Shown: positions 26,490 to 41,954 of the stretch, piece after piece
Numbering within the stretch: the stretch's first letter is position 1
How the letters are laid out: every line of letters starts with the position of its first letter
Assembly: GCA_964016885.1 (NCBI GenBank)
Contig: OZ024742.1
Coordinates: 288,920,001-288,984,000 of the forward strand
Source of the DNA: Eledone cirrhosa
Taxonomy: Eukaryota
Length of the DNA: 64,000 nucleotides
Direction of reading: 5' to 3'
The notes under the pieces: model-generated
Database searches by the model: none
What the model was told of the DNA's origin: nothing
Seen by the model: the letters and a program-made list of their open reading frames with translations, nothing else
Program-made: the position numbers and the translations under genes

Positions 26490-29270
26490 ATGAATGTAGG
26501 CACCTTAAAAGGTCGCTCTAACGAGGTTGTAGAAATGCTTGAACGTAAGGAGCTTGATGTTTGTTGTATCCAAGAGACCAGGTGGAGGGGTGGGTCTGCT
26601 AGATTCATTGTGGGTAAAAAACGATGCTATAAGCTTTTCTGGGTGGGAAATGACAATGGGCTGGGTGGGGTAGGAATCATGTTAGCAGAAAAATGGGTAG
26701 ATAAGATAATAGACGTAAATAGAGTGAATGACAGAATAATTAAAATAAGACTTGTCCTAAATAGAACTACTGTGACAGTAATATCTGCATACGCACCCCA
26801 ATCCGGACTGCCTGGCATTATAAAAGACAGATTCTATGAGAAATTGATGCTCACTACCTCCCAAATAACTGACAGTGACTACATAATTATTACTGGTGAC
26901 CTAAATGGTCACGTTGGACAACATTGTGATGGCTATGACGGAATCCATGGAGGCTATGGGTTTGGTACTAGAAATGAGGAAGGCTCCAGAATCCTGGAAT
27001 TCTGTGACGCAAATAACCTAACTGTCTGTAACACTAACTTCAAAAAACGAGACAATCACTTGATCACCTATAGATCAGGGGAACACGCCAGTCAGATAGA
27101 TTATATCCTTACCAGAAGACGTGATAGAGTGTCTGTTGTAAACACTAAATCCCTCCCCCATGAAGAATGCACCTCCCAACATAGACTCATAGTCAGCGAC
27201 CTCATAGTCAGGACAAGACGTACTCGACAACAGAGGAGGACTATCCTCAGGAGAAAAATATGGAAGCTAAAGGACCTCACAGCCAGTAATAAGTTTAAAA
27301 GCATATTACTTGATGCTTTTGACAGTAAGGAAGAGCAATTAGAGTCGTACAATATAGAGGAACAGTGGGAATTCCTGAAAGCTAACCTTCTGAAGGTGGC
27401 AGATGATGTCTGTGGCTGGAGCAGGCCTATAGGCAGGAGGAGAGTAACGTGGTGGTGGAACAGTAAGGTGGAGGAGTCAATTAAGGCCAAAAAGCAGGCT
27501 TGGAAAGTATGGCGGGATGGGGGAAGTAGAGAAGACTATCAAGTGGCCAGGAGGGAAGCTAGGAGACAAGTGTTCTTCGCAAGAAGGGAAGCAGAGGAAA
27601 GAAAGTTCAAGCATGTTCTACAACGCGAGGACCAAAAACATGAGGTGTTCAGGATTGCTAGGCAATGTGTCAAGGAAAACAGTGATATTGTCGGGGAGAA
27701 GTGTGTCCTTAATGATGATGGTGTACTTGCCATCAGTGACGCTGATAAGAAGGTAGCTTGGAAGTGTCACTACGAAAGGCTACTAAATGAGGAGAATAAA
27801 TGGGAGAAAGACAGTCTCCCCCACATCGATCCAATAGAGGGACCAGCAGTGCTAGTTGAAGGTAGTATAATAGGTAAGGCAATCAAAGATATGAAGACGA
27901 GTAAGGCGGCTGGGCCTTTGGAATAGTTGCTGAAATGCTGAAAGCATCTGGAACGGTGGGACACACTATGGTCACCCGAATAGTAAACCAAGGCATACAG
28001 AATGGGGTCGTTCCGAAGGACTGGCGTAGCAGCATCATCATTAACTGCTACAAGGGAAAAGGAGATGCCCTAGATAGAGGTAACTATAGGGTCATTAAGT
28101 TAGTTGACCAGGTCATGAAGGTCAGGGAAAGAGTTATAGCGCAACTAATCAGAGAGCGAATTGATCTAGATGAAATGCAGTTTGGGTTTGTTTCAGGTAA
28201 AAGTACCACAGATGCTCTTTTCCTTGTACGACAACTACAAGAGAAGTACCTAGCTAAAAGTAAACCCCTCTACTTAGCTTTTGTAGACCTGGAAAAAGCC
28301 TTTGACAGAGTCCCCCGTTCCATTATCTGGTGGGCTCTTATAAAACTAGGTTTTAGATGTATGGCTTGTGAGAGCTATACAAGCTATGTATAATGAAACA
28401 GTCAGTAAGGTTAGAATTAACAACGAATATAGTGAAGAGTTTAGTGTAAAAGTTGGTGTTCACCAAGGCTCTGTCTTTAGCCCCCTCCTATTTATTATTG
28501 CCCTTCAGGCTATAACAGATGAGTTCAAGACCGGCTGCCCATGGGAACTCCTATACACAGATGATCTAATGCTCATAGCTGAATCAATGGCCGAACTAGA
28601 GAAGAAATTCCAAACATGGAAGCATGGCCTGGAATCAAAAGGCCTTAAAATTAACCTGTCTAAGACTAAAGTTCTAGTTTGTAGGAAGGAAAATAGGGCA
28701 CCAGTCCCATCTGGGAAATGCCCTTGCTCAGTGTGTAGGAAAGGAGTAGGCAGAAACTCCATTTTATGTCCCAAATGCAAAGTATGGGTGCATAAAAGAT
28801 GTAGTGGGATCACAGGTAAGCTAACTAAGAATATAGATTTTATATGTGGCCGGTGCTCTGGTGCAATAAGTAGCAGCAAGTGCCCACAAAATACTAGCTC
28901 ATTCCATTGCACAGATGGTTCTATAGAAATAGTGGACACCTTCCATTACCTGGGTGACAAAATCAGCAGTGGTGGAGGGTGCTCTGAAAGTACAGTAGCT
29001 AGAGTCAGAACGGGAGGGAAAAAGTTCAGAGAGCTTATACCACTATTGGCCGCTAAAGGGTTCTCTCTAAAAATGAAAGACAGGCTGTATGGTGCCTGCA
29101 TACGAACAGCAATGTTACATGGCAGTGAGACCTGGACATTGTGTGCAGAGGATATACGCAGACTGGAGAGGAACGAAGCTTGCATGCTCCGCTGGATATG
29201 TAATAGTAATATACGTGAACGGCAAAGCATATACAAACTAAGGGAGAAATTAGGAATAAGAGGGATCAGA
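26490..29270 (+). pseudogene. RTE ORF (APE-RT-PHD-like finger) with a stop and a frameshift
   Basis: Three ORF pieces; stop at 27924-27926 and frameshift near 28360. Confidence 0.88.
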
Positions 29271-29403
29271 GGTAGACATGGTGTTGAAGTGTGTTCCACT
29301 CTGTCAATACATCGATATGTCCTGCTCCTGGGTGTGTTGTTAGTCCTCCAAGGAACTGGAATCCACTGAAACAACCAACATATAATCAATATATATATAT
29401 ATA

Positions 29404-29746
29404 TGGAGGCATATGGTTTAGTGGTTAGAGCATTGGCCTTGCAATCGAAAGGTTGTGAGTTCAATTCTCAGACCGGGTGATGTGTTGTTTCCTTGAGCAA
29501 GACACTTTATTTCACATTGCTCCAGTTTACTCAGCTGTAGAAATGAGATGATAGGGACTGGGGTCCCTATCATTCCACTGCAAAGTGGTCGTGGAGGTGC
29601 CACGGCAAAAAAGCACCCAGCACTCACTGTAAATGAGGTTGGTGTTAGGAAGGGCATCCAGCTGTAGAAATCAAGCCAGAATCAGTTCCCGTCCCACCCT
29701 TGCAAGCAGGGAAAAAGCGGACGTAAAAATGAAATGAAATGATGAT
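29404..29746 (+). mobile_element. SINE family B, complete
   Basis: GGAGGCATATGGTTTAGTGG..GAGTTCAATTC head, CORE-like domain, RTE-like tail, (TA)n flanks. Confidence 0.85.
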
Positions 29747-30409
29747 ATATATATAGAAATAAGAGGGATCAGATGCTGTTTACTCAAGAGAAGACTACGT
29801 TGGTATGGTCAGGTGATGCGCATGAAAGACGACAGCTGCATAAAAAAAAGTGCAGGGCAATAAAAATAGACGGTAGCCACGGAGTAGGCAGACCCAGAAA
29901 AACCTGGGACGACTTGATAAATTCCGACCTCACACACTTACACCTCTCCAAGACAATGTCACTGGACCGAGATCTTTGGCGCTACGCAGTAATACAGAAG
30001 ACCCACCTTGCCTAAGTACAAAGCGAAACCTACAGTCAGGAGGCTCCTCTTAACCAAAAATATACACCCCCATCCCACTACCCCCACCCCCACCCCCATC
30101 TACACCACCCCTTTCTCTGTAAAGTTATGTTGGTACCACAACATCCAGTCCTAAATAAATGAGGTCGTGTAGGTGTCACGACAAAAAAACACTCAGTCCA
30201 CGCTGTAATGTGGCCGTGTAGGTTACACGGTAAAAACCTCCCAGTCCCACACTGTAAATGTGGTTGGTGTTAGGAAGCGCATCCAGCCGTAGAAAACCCG
30301 CCAGACAGTCCTATACGAGCAAGACAACCAATCTTGCCTCAAGTGGGAAAATTCCCGTCCAAACCCATGCAAGCATGGAAGATGGACGTTAAACGATGAT
30401 GATGATGAT

Positions 30410-31263
30410 ATATACAATATATTAACAAATGGAAACTATATTTATAAAAGCATATTTATTTTATAATACATATTTCAAGGGCCACCAAGGCAAATTATGG
30501 TGCGCTTTCATCAGATAAAATACAATACAGATTTGTTTTATAAATAAATATTGACATACCTAAGTACAAAGTGAAACCTTCTACAGTCAGTAGGCACCTC
30601 TAACAAAAATACACCCTCATCCCCATCCCACTACTCCCACCCCATCCACACCACCCCTTTCAATGTAAAGTTATGTTGGTACCACAACATCCAGTCCGAA
30701 ACAAATGAGGTCGTGTAGGTGTCACGACAAAAAAAACACTCAGTCCACGCTGTAATGTGGCCGTGTAGGTAACACGGTAAAAACCTCCCAGTCCACACTG
30801 TAAATGTGGTTGGTGTTAGGAAGGGCATCCAGCCGTAGAAAACCCGCCAGACAGTCCTATATGAGCAAGACAACCAATCTTGCCTCAAGTGGGAAAATTC
30901 CCGTCCAAACCCATGCTAGCGTGGAAGATGGACGTTAAACGATGATGATGATGATGAAACCCTGAAAAAAGACAACCTTAACGGTTGGAGCTTCCTGGAT
31001 AGGAACCGTTAAGGTTGTCTTTTTTCAGGGTATATCAATATTTATTTAGAAAACAAATCTGTATTGTATTTTATCTGATGAAATCGCATCATAATTTGCC
31101 TTGGTGGCACTTGAAATATGTATAATAAAATAAATATGATTTTATAAATATAGTTTCCATTTGTTAATATATTGTATATTTACTCCACTAATCTGTTGAG
31201 TGTTTTATATCAGTTATAAAAATGTTTAAGCTTGTTGAATCCCAACAAATTAAATATAACCTC

Positions 31264-31268
<5 letters not shown>
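30410..31268. mobile_element. Fold-back HHR element (Penelope pLTR-like); left arm interrupted by an RTE tail (30558-30957)
   Basis: Arms 30410-30557 plus 30959-30987 versus 31004-31178; hammerhead in each arm. Confidence 0.75.
31067..31132 (+). ncRNA. Type I hammerhead ribozyme (mirror copy on minus at ~30457-30522)
   Basis: tattttat-CTGATGA-stem II-GAAA-tatgta-TA-ataaaata; helix I pairs perfectly. Confidence 0.75.
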
Positions 31269-31297
<29 letters not shown>

Positions 31298-31303
<6 letters not shown>

Positions 31304-31726
31304 AAAGTTTTATTTAAATTGTTGGGATACAACAAGCAAATATTTTATAACTGATATAAAGCACTCAACAAATATTTGGAGTAGATATATGATATTAATA
31401 AATGGAAACTATATTTATAAAACCATATTTATTTCATTATATATATTTCAAGGATACCAAGTTACATTATGGTATGCCTTCATCAGACAAAATACAATAT
31501 ATAACAGTTTTATAAATAGACATTGACGTACCCTTTAAAAATTGACCGTTGCTTTTGGAGGCCATCAACGGTCAATTTTTAAAGGGTACGTCAATGTCTA
31601 TTTATAAAACTGTTATATATTGTATTTTGTCTGATGAAGGCATACCATAATGTAACTTGGTATCCTTGAAATATATATAATGAAATAAATATGGTTTTAT
31701 AAATATAGTTTCCATTTATTAATATC

Positions 31727-31731
<5 letters not shown>
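31298..31731. mobile_element. Near-perfect fold-back HHR element between (TA)n tracts
   Basis: About 165-bp arms around the 14-nt spacer 31552-31565. Confidence 0.8.
31623..31687 (+). ncRNA. Type I hammerhead ribozyme (mirror copy on minus at ~31430-31494)
   Basis: tattttgt-CTGATGA-aggcatacca..tggtatcctt-GAAA-tatata-TA-atgaaata. Confidence 0.78.
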
Positions 31732-31774
<43 letters not shown>

Positions 31775-31859
31775 CAGAAAGTTATTTGTCTCTAATATTC
31801 TTAGACATCTCAATGAAAAGATAAACATCAAATCAGAGAAGCATTTCAACATATTTAAC

Positions 31860-32450
31860 TTAAGCCAGATATGAGTGAAACATCAAATCTTTAAGCAAAA
31901 GTAGATGATTTCAAATACTTCAGTGCATATATCAACTTGTCAAATGATATAAACAACAGGATAATACAAGCATGGACTGCTGTGAACTTGTTAAATAAGA
32001 TGTGGAAATCTAACATAACCACAAAAATAAAAGGTAAACTATTCAAAGCTACAGTGGAATCAATCTTTCTATATTCCTGTGAACCATGGTCAGTGATGAT
32101 ACCTATCACCAAAGTTTTAGATGGTTGCTACACATGAATACTAAAAAGGATAAAAAACATCAAACTTCTTGACCGTGTTTCAAACAAAATACTTTATAGC
32201 AACTTCCTGTTCATTAGCCATACCACCCATGTAAGGCTTCTTCAACTTGCAGGTCATGTAATGAATGGCAATGGAGCTGCTAAAAATCTTTTACTATGGG
32301 AGCTCACTAATGTGAAACACAAACACAAAAGACCTCTCAAGACATTAAAGAGAGTCATTGAGGAAGATACAGAATGATCTTGTGAAGAACTGAGGCAGTT
32401 TATGTTGGATTATGTGAAATGGAAAAGTTTTATCATATCACCACAAAGAA
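31860..32450 (+). pseudogene. Old RTE-like RT C-terminal fragment, a different family
   Basis: VDDFKY..DINNRIIQAW..KLFKATVESIFLYSCEPW..LAGH. Confidence 0.7.
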
Positions 32451-32841
32451 GTGGAGGAATTTAGTAGTTAGTAGCTTATATTACTCTCAATCGAGATTTT
32501 GGTTTAGGTTAATATGTTTTTATATATTTTTATTTTTTGTATTTACTGGGACCTTATTTCTGTTTCTCCATTGTGATCCTGTCTCTATTTTGTACTCCTG
32601 AAAAAGGGCTTAAGCCTGACATGTCGAACTTTCTTTACTCTTTCCAATATAAAGTAATAAGACTTTTGTACCTCTGTTTGCTGTCTCCTTGAACTATATA
32701 TATATATATATATATTTATTCAATTAGAGAAAGTTGGTTGATTGAAAATCCACCGACTTTTAAATAACTGATTATGTTTATCCGGAGTTTTATTATAATA
32801 ATAATAAACAAGTAAGACGGTTACGTTAGTCCATTGCTATT

Positions 32842-32915
32842 TATTTTATTATACATATTTCAAAGACGAATGGCTTATGTATAACATCTGCCAATGTGTT
32901 CTCTTCAGATAAAAT
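32842..32915 (-). ncRNA. Type I hammerhead ribozyme
   Basis: Minus strand: attttat-CTGAAGA-stem II-GAAA-tatgta-TA-ataaaat. Confidence 0.68.
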
Positions 32916-34303
32916 CAACAGGAGATGTAAAAACTGTTGATATGCAACTGGTCACACGAGTTGTTCATGTAACTGGGGATTTTATAATTAAAACACCCAA
33001 GAAACCACCTATGAAATCCAGCCTTGTAAGAGGCCAACTAATCCTGCATAGAAGTGTGCTGTAAATTTCCTTTTTTTTTCATATGATATATGATATATCA
33101 CTGTGAAGGTAGGTAGCTTAATGGTTAGAGGGTTTGGTTTACAATCATAAGGACAAATTTGTTTCACAATGGCATGACACTTTATTTCATGTTGCTTCAG
33201 CTTACTCAGCTGGCAAAAATGTGTCGGACTTGTAATTCAAAGATACACTCTTGTGATAAACTGTATCATGGTGAATATTCCTGAGAATTACATTATGGGT
33301 GCACATGTCTGTGGAATACTCAGACATTTGCACTTTAATTTTACCAGAAGGCTCTTCTGTTGATCAAACAACTGGAATACTGATTGTCAAAACTGATCCA
33401 ATACAAAATGTGTGTCAATAACATACAGTCCCAGTTGTGTATTAAAGAAGTTTATTTAGTAATTACATTGTGTGATCTCTTTGTGTGGTGCCAATAAAAT
33501 AAAGTCCTGGGCAGAGGATTGATGTTCTGATACATAGACATTTATGTTCTCCATCATAATTTCATGTAAGAATCTTTATGTTTCAAGCACTTTTTTGTTT
33601 CCAAACACTTTATGTTAGGAAATGTCTTCCATTAGAAATATGGTAACAAAAAGATTAAGTCGTGTCCGAAACACCAGCTTAATAATAAGAAAGTTAGTTA
33701 TATCACTAAATCCTTCAAAATTTTTGGTTATTTTGAAAATGAAATAACTGGCACACAATTAGTGGGTTCAATATTGTGATCTTTATGGTTTTCTAAGAGG
33801 CAATAGAAGCCTTCAATCAGATGGTGCTGAACCTGATGAAAACCACACGATTTCTGTTTTGTATGGTAGCAGGGGAGAAGTGAACATTTATAATCAAATT
33901 AGTTCAATATTTCTATGGTAAAGGTGTATGGCTTAGTAATTAGGATTCTGGCTTCCTGATCATAAGGTTGTGAATTTGATTTCCAGACCGGGCAGTGTAT
34001 TGTGTTTTTGAACAAGATACATTATTTCTTCACATGAAGATGAAATTTTTAAAGTAAGAAAAATAAATATACCAGAGAGAATTAATTGGTTGACATAGGT
34101 ATATTATCTTCCCTTATACGGCATAAACCATGTCATATGTCCCAACTATTACCTGATCATAGTCCAACATCTCTGGAGACAATCTTAAGAGAAACTTTTG
34201 TTATGTCATGTCATGGACCCTTAACTCCTGATGTAATCATAGTTTAAACATAACACAATTTATCTTCCCCAATTCTGAACATAGCTTATTTCTATATATA
34301 TAT

Positions 34304-34480
<177 letters not shown>

Positions 34481-35404
34481 TCGATCAAGGTGGCAGTGAG
34501 AAAGAGATATAGAGGAAGAATCAACCCCAGTATTAAACTGGTACTATATTTATCGACCTCAAAAGGAAGAAGAACAAAGTTGAGTTCAGCAGGATTTGAC
34601 CTCAGAGTGCAGACAGCTGAAACAAATACTGAAAAACATTCTGTGTGACATTCTAATGAATTTATCACTTTGCTGCTGAAGTATATTCCAGAAATACACA
34701 GAGAAATACAAAATTGTAGATATAAATGGAGAACATTGACCAGCATTGTGATTTACAAGGATGCAAGCATGTCTCTCGTAACCACTGAAATAAGTTTTAA
34801 AAATAGAGTAGTTGAGTTAAAGACAGCAAGGAAGTAAATCTAAGAATAGATACAGTAAATTTACAAACAGAATAAATCTGATAGAATTGGAATCCAGAAT
34901 ATTGCTACTCAACGCTGATGTCTGGTTAAACAAAAAAAAAATTAAACTATATTAAAAGTTAAAGAAACAACCAAAAAATTATTTGTTTACAACAAAATTA
35001 TTTAACTACAGACTTATTATATTGTAGTTTGGAGGTATATAGCTTAGTGGTTAGGGCGCTTGGTTCACAATAATAAGGTTGTCAGTTCAATTCCTAGCAA
35101 CATGTCGCCTTGAGTAAGATACTTTATTTCATGTTGCTCCAGTCCACACACCTGGAAAAAAATGTAATTCAAAATGTCAGCCTTGTCACACACTATGTCT
35201 TGCTAAATCTCACTGAAAACTTCATGTCTGTGGAATGCTCAGCCACTTGCACATAAATTTCAGAGCAGGCTGTTCTGTTGTTTGAACAGCTGGAAACCTC
35301 ATCATTGGAATCAACACACTCGTTTTTAAGGTGTTAAATTTTCAGAGAAAACAAATTGAATTAATTGTGTATATAGGGAACTAGTTTTTATTATTCACAG
35401 TTGT

Positions 35405-35607
35405 TAAAGGCTTGTGGATTGGCAGTATTGGTAGAGCATCTGACAGTATGCTTTGTGGCAAATAGTTACATCCCTTTATGTTCTCGGTTTAAATCCTGCC
35501 AATGTCAATTTTGCATTTCATCCTTACAGGGTCAATAAAATAAAGTACCAGTAACGCACTAGGGTAAATTCAATTGTTAGCCTTGTGTCTAAATCAGAAA
35601 CCATTAT
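35405..35607 (+). mobile_element. SINE family A, diverged
   Basis: TGGCAGTATTGGTAGAGC head; ends CCTTGTGTCTAAATCAGAAACCATTATT. Confidence 0.75.
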
Positions 35608-36749
35608 TCACAACTGTATCAATAATATTACAAATTATTTATAATACTTACAGGACAAAAATATAAACACAAATATGAACACATATTATAAATACAACCA
35701 ATCATTGCCAGGAACCTCACAAATATAATACACAAAAATATATGATTGAAGCGAGAGAAAAAGAATGCTAAAATCGGTCAACAGAAAATTTTGAGGCAAG
35801 CCAACATGCTGGCAACATAACATAATGGCATGGCTAAGGCACTGAAACAACCAGGCACCCTCATGGGCACCACCTGACACCACAGTAAGGCAAGTTTAGC
35901 TTTGTTGGTTCACTCAACATGCTTTAGAATGAATTGTTCAAACAACAGTTTGTATTTTCTGATTCTCTTATTGAAGGAACATTTCTAAATTAATGACATT
36001 TCAATTATTTTAAAAAATTGATAAAATAGGAATTTTAATAATTAATCTTTATATGACTTTGGTCAGTTTCATAATTCAGTTATTATTCAGTGAAACCGGA
36101 GTAAAATATTGATTATAAAATATTTAGCAAAACTCTGTTTTCCAGTCAATAATTTTTGCCTGAATAAATTTTAAATTATTACTTGAATCAGCAGAGAAAA
36201 CAGAAAAATAAAAACTATATGAAGGACAGTTGACAACCATAGTCCTATGATGAGAGAAAAGGGCAAGGAATAAGTTTTACTGGCTGATACTTCAATGCTG
36301 TTGAAATATAAAAAAGAAATCAAATCTGAAAATGTCAAGTGACATATTTTTATTTCTTTGGTGAAGGCTGGAACATAAGATGAAAAAACTTCTGAACATA
36401 GTTCATTATCATCATCATCATCATCATCATCATCATTTTATGTCCATTTTTCCATATTTACATGGTTGGATGGGTCCTTTCTAGTACACTCCCTCCACTC
36501 GCAATGTTCCTTTGGCATCCCCTCTGTCAGTTTCAACGTTTAGGGATCAACTCTAACCACTTCTGCGAAGGTCTTTCTCAGTCTTCCTCTACTTTAGCTT
36601 CCTTCTACTGGCATCTGCAAGTACTTCTTCACCCAGTGTTCCTCATCTGCACATATTACATTTGATTCCTCTTATACCTAGTTTTTCTCTCAGTTCATCC
36701 ATGGTCAATTACACATCCGACAGACCATTTCTCTCCAGCTTCCATATAA

Positions 36750-37250
36750 TCATCATAGTTTAACGTCCATTTTTCATGCTAGCATGGGTTAGACGGGTTG
36801 TCTCATTTAAAGTAAGTTGGGTCAGGTGACTGTGTTTTGCTCACACTGTTTCTGGCTTGGTTTCTTTGGCTGGATGCTCTCCCTAACACCAACCACTTTA
36901 CAGTGTGGGCTGGGTATTTTTTGTTGTGACAGCTACACAATCACTTTACAATGTGGGCCAGATGCTTTTTGTCGTGACACCCATACAACCTATTTACAGT
37001 GTGGGCTGGGTGTTTTTTGTTGTGACACCCACACAACCACTTTACAGTGTGTACTGGGTGCTTTTTGTCATGACACGTTCACAACCACTTTACAGTGTGG
37101 GCTGGGTGCTTTTTGTCATGACACCTACATGACCACTTTACAGTTGGGCTGGATGCTCTTTGTCATGACACCTACACGACTACTTTACAGTGTGGGCTGG
37201 ATGCTCTTTGTTATGACACCTACATGACCACTTTACAGTGTGGGCTGGGC
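36750..37250 (-). repeat. RTE 3' tail with an expanded ~39-bp minisatellite (~10 units)
   Basis: ACCACTTTACAGTGTGGGCTGGGTGCTTTTTGTCATGACACC units at 36890-37250. Confidence 0.8.
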
Positions 37251-37254
37251 ATAT

Positions 37255-38025
37255 AAGACTTCATAACTTATATTTTGCCATTGAGACTTCTGATATCCTC
37301 AGTCTCCATACTGCCACAGGGGAGCGGAAGATGACTAAATACCAACCGACCAAATCAACCACAGGAGGTCAAATCCTATGTGGGTATGGCAGAGGGCCGA
37401 TTTAAGGAATGCTTCCTGAACTATCAGTCGACCTTTAGGTACCTGGACAAACAATCATCCACGAAACTCGCGAGTCATGTATGGTCCCTCAAGGACTCAG
37501 GTATAGACTACTCCATTCAATGGAAAGCCATCCCTAAGTCCAAGCTATACGCAAGGGGCAATCCGTCTTGTGGACTGTGTATTGAAGAAAGGATAAATAT
37601 TCTAAGGAGATTACGCAATAGTGATTGCCTAAATTCAAGAAATGAAATTTTCTCACGTTGTCCACATGTCTGGAAACACCTCCTGCATAACTACAATGCT
37701 CCGGATTGAATAACAACAACTTTTTAATTTTCTAATCATCTTGTACATCTTTTCCGGACTTTCGCAGTTATCTCCCTTACTCCTTTCGCCCGTGGCTTTG
37801 TATCGCTTGGGTGAAGTGACTGTTTCTGCGTATGCACATTCATATAGTTTTTCTTCCTGTTCCCTATAACCATGACCAGTCTGAGCTGAAGATCCGCTAA
37901 GGTGAAACAATTGTTCTCGGTATGGTGAACTAACTGTTGTGTTACTACTTCTACCAAACTCGTCCCATGGACTGAGTGCTCTACCACTATGGATATTACC
38001 TTCCAGTGTTCTACCTCTCTCTCTC
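37255..38025 (+). mobile_element. Penelope-like element 3' end: GIY-YIG endonuclease fragment plus pLTR
   Basis: SYVGMAEGRFKE..HVWSLKD..CGLCIEE..LNSRNEIFSRCPH, followed by a UTR with an HHR and ending at (CT)n(AT)n. Confidence 0.85.
37881..37920 (+). ncRNA. Minimal type I hammerhead ribozyme in the Penelope pLTR
   Basis: ctgag-CTGAAGA-tccgctaaggt-GAAA-CAATTG-TT-ctcgg; palindromic helix III. Confidence 0.8.
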
Positions 38026-38039
38026 TATATATATATATA

Positions 38040-38430
38040 TACTATAAGAGTAAAGGAACAGGATTCAGTGTTGCATCATAACATATTTAATAACATATTA
38101 CATATGTTTCACTATCGATCAGCTCGAGGAAAGACCTATTATAGATCGAATCTGACTCTGTAATCGAAAGATCGTCAGATATGTATTTCCTATGTGATTT
38201 CGTCTCCGAGGAAATATATATCTGACGATCTTTCGATTACAGAGTCAGATTCGATATATAATAGGTCTTTCCTCGAGCTGATCGATAGTGAAACATATGT
38301 AATCGGTTATTAAATATGTTATGATCCAACACTGAATCCTTGTTCCTTTACTCTTATAGTATTATACTCTGCTCTGTGCGAGCATCGAGTGCTCAATCGG
38401 CATACCACCTACGGATGCAATTTTTGCAAT
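38040..38430. mobile_element. Fold-back HHR element with a long helix II
   Basis: Arms 38040-38191 and 38209-38361; CTGACGA at 38222 and GAAA-CATATG-TA at 38290. Confidence 0.72.
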
Positions 38431-38431
38431 A

Positions 38432-38466
<35 letters not shown>

Positions 38467-38595
38467 GCGTGTGTGTGTGTATATATATATATATAAATAT
38501 AGAAAGAGTGAAGAAGTATTCACAACCTCTAACTGGTTTACCTATAACGATATTTTGTTATCCCTTATATATAAATATATATATAAGTGTGTGTG

Positions 38596-38706
<111 letters not shown>

Positions 38707-38727
38707 ATATATATAAATATATATATA

Positions 38728-41393
<2,666 letters not shown>

Positions 41394-41680
41394 GGTGGCT
41401 GCCAACTCGTTTTCGAGTACGGCTACTACTTTAGATCCATGTAGGAGAACCCCTACCAATGCGCTGAACGAGTGTGACTTTTTAGTCCAGCCAGCGACTT
41501 GAAAACTCTGGTACAAACACTACACTTGTGACAATTTTTGACACATAGTGCTGGGCCCATGGTACCATGTGACGACAAGTGCAGAGAGATCAGAGATCTC
41601 CAGATATAAAGCAATGCCTGTGTCGTGAAGCTTTTATAGTGAGCAAAGGCACTGCACAAAGCCAGTCCCACTCTCTTAAC
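41394..41680 (-). mobile_element. LINE 3' end with a C2H2 finger, ending in (ATGT)n
   Basis: [22 protein letters not shown]-stop, short UTR, tandem tail. Confidence 0.55.
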
Positions 41681-41954
41681 CAAGATAATATTAATAATAA
41701 TAATGATGATGATGATGGTTTCTGATTTAGGCACAAGGCCAACAATTTTAGGGGAAGAGGAAAGTCGATTAATTCGACCCCAGTTCATTACTGATGCTTT
41801 ATTTTATCAACCCCATAAGGATGAAAAGCAAAGCCAACCTTGGTGGGATTTGAACTCAGGTTGTAAAGAGCTATAACTTAATGCTGCAAAACATTATGTC
41901 CGACGCTCTACCGATTCTGCCAATCTACTGCCCTTAATAATAATAGTAATAATA

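Larger units (their letters stand above)
26191..30408 (+). mobile_element. Near full-length RTE-clade LINE, disrupted and interrupted at 29271-29753
   Basis: APE (NVGTL, IQETRW, AYAPQ, GDLNG, SQH) 26490-27926; RT (DLEKAFD, HQGS, YTDD) 27935-29270; C-terminus and tail 29754-30408. Confidence 0.9.

Noticed and set aside
29404-29480. tRNA gene-like A/B boxes (many copies)
   Set aside because: SINE heads continuing into SINE bodies; no complete cloverleaf
32595-32630. Hammerhead-like remnants here and at ~1930, ~22135, ~55100 and ~57225
   Set aside because: Core mutated non-compensatorily (C3-A8, GACA/AACA/GATA for GAAA); counted only as decayed relics
33798-33860. CTGATGA motif and a possible plus-strand exon (AIEAFNQMVLNLMKTTRFLF)
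   Set aside because: No helix II/GAAA for a ribozyme; splice signals are weak and unsupported
36890-37250. CRISPR-like regular repeats
   Set aside because: No unique spacers and no cas genes; the units are the RTE 3' UTR repeat in eukaryotic DNA
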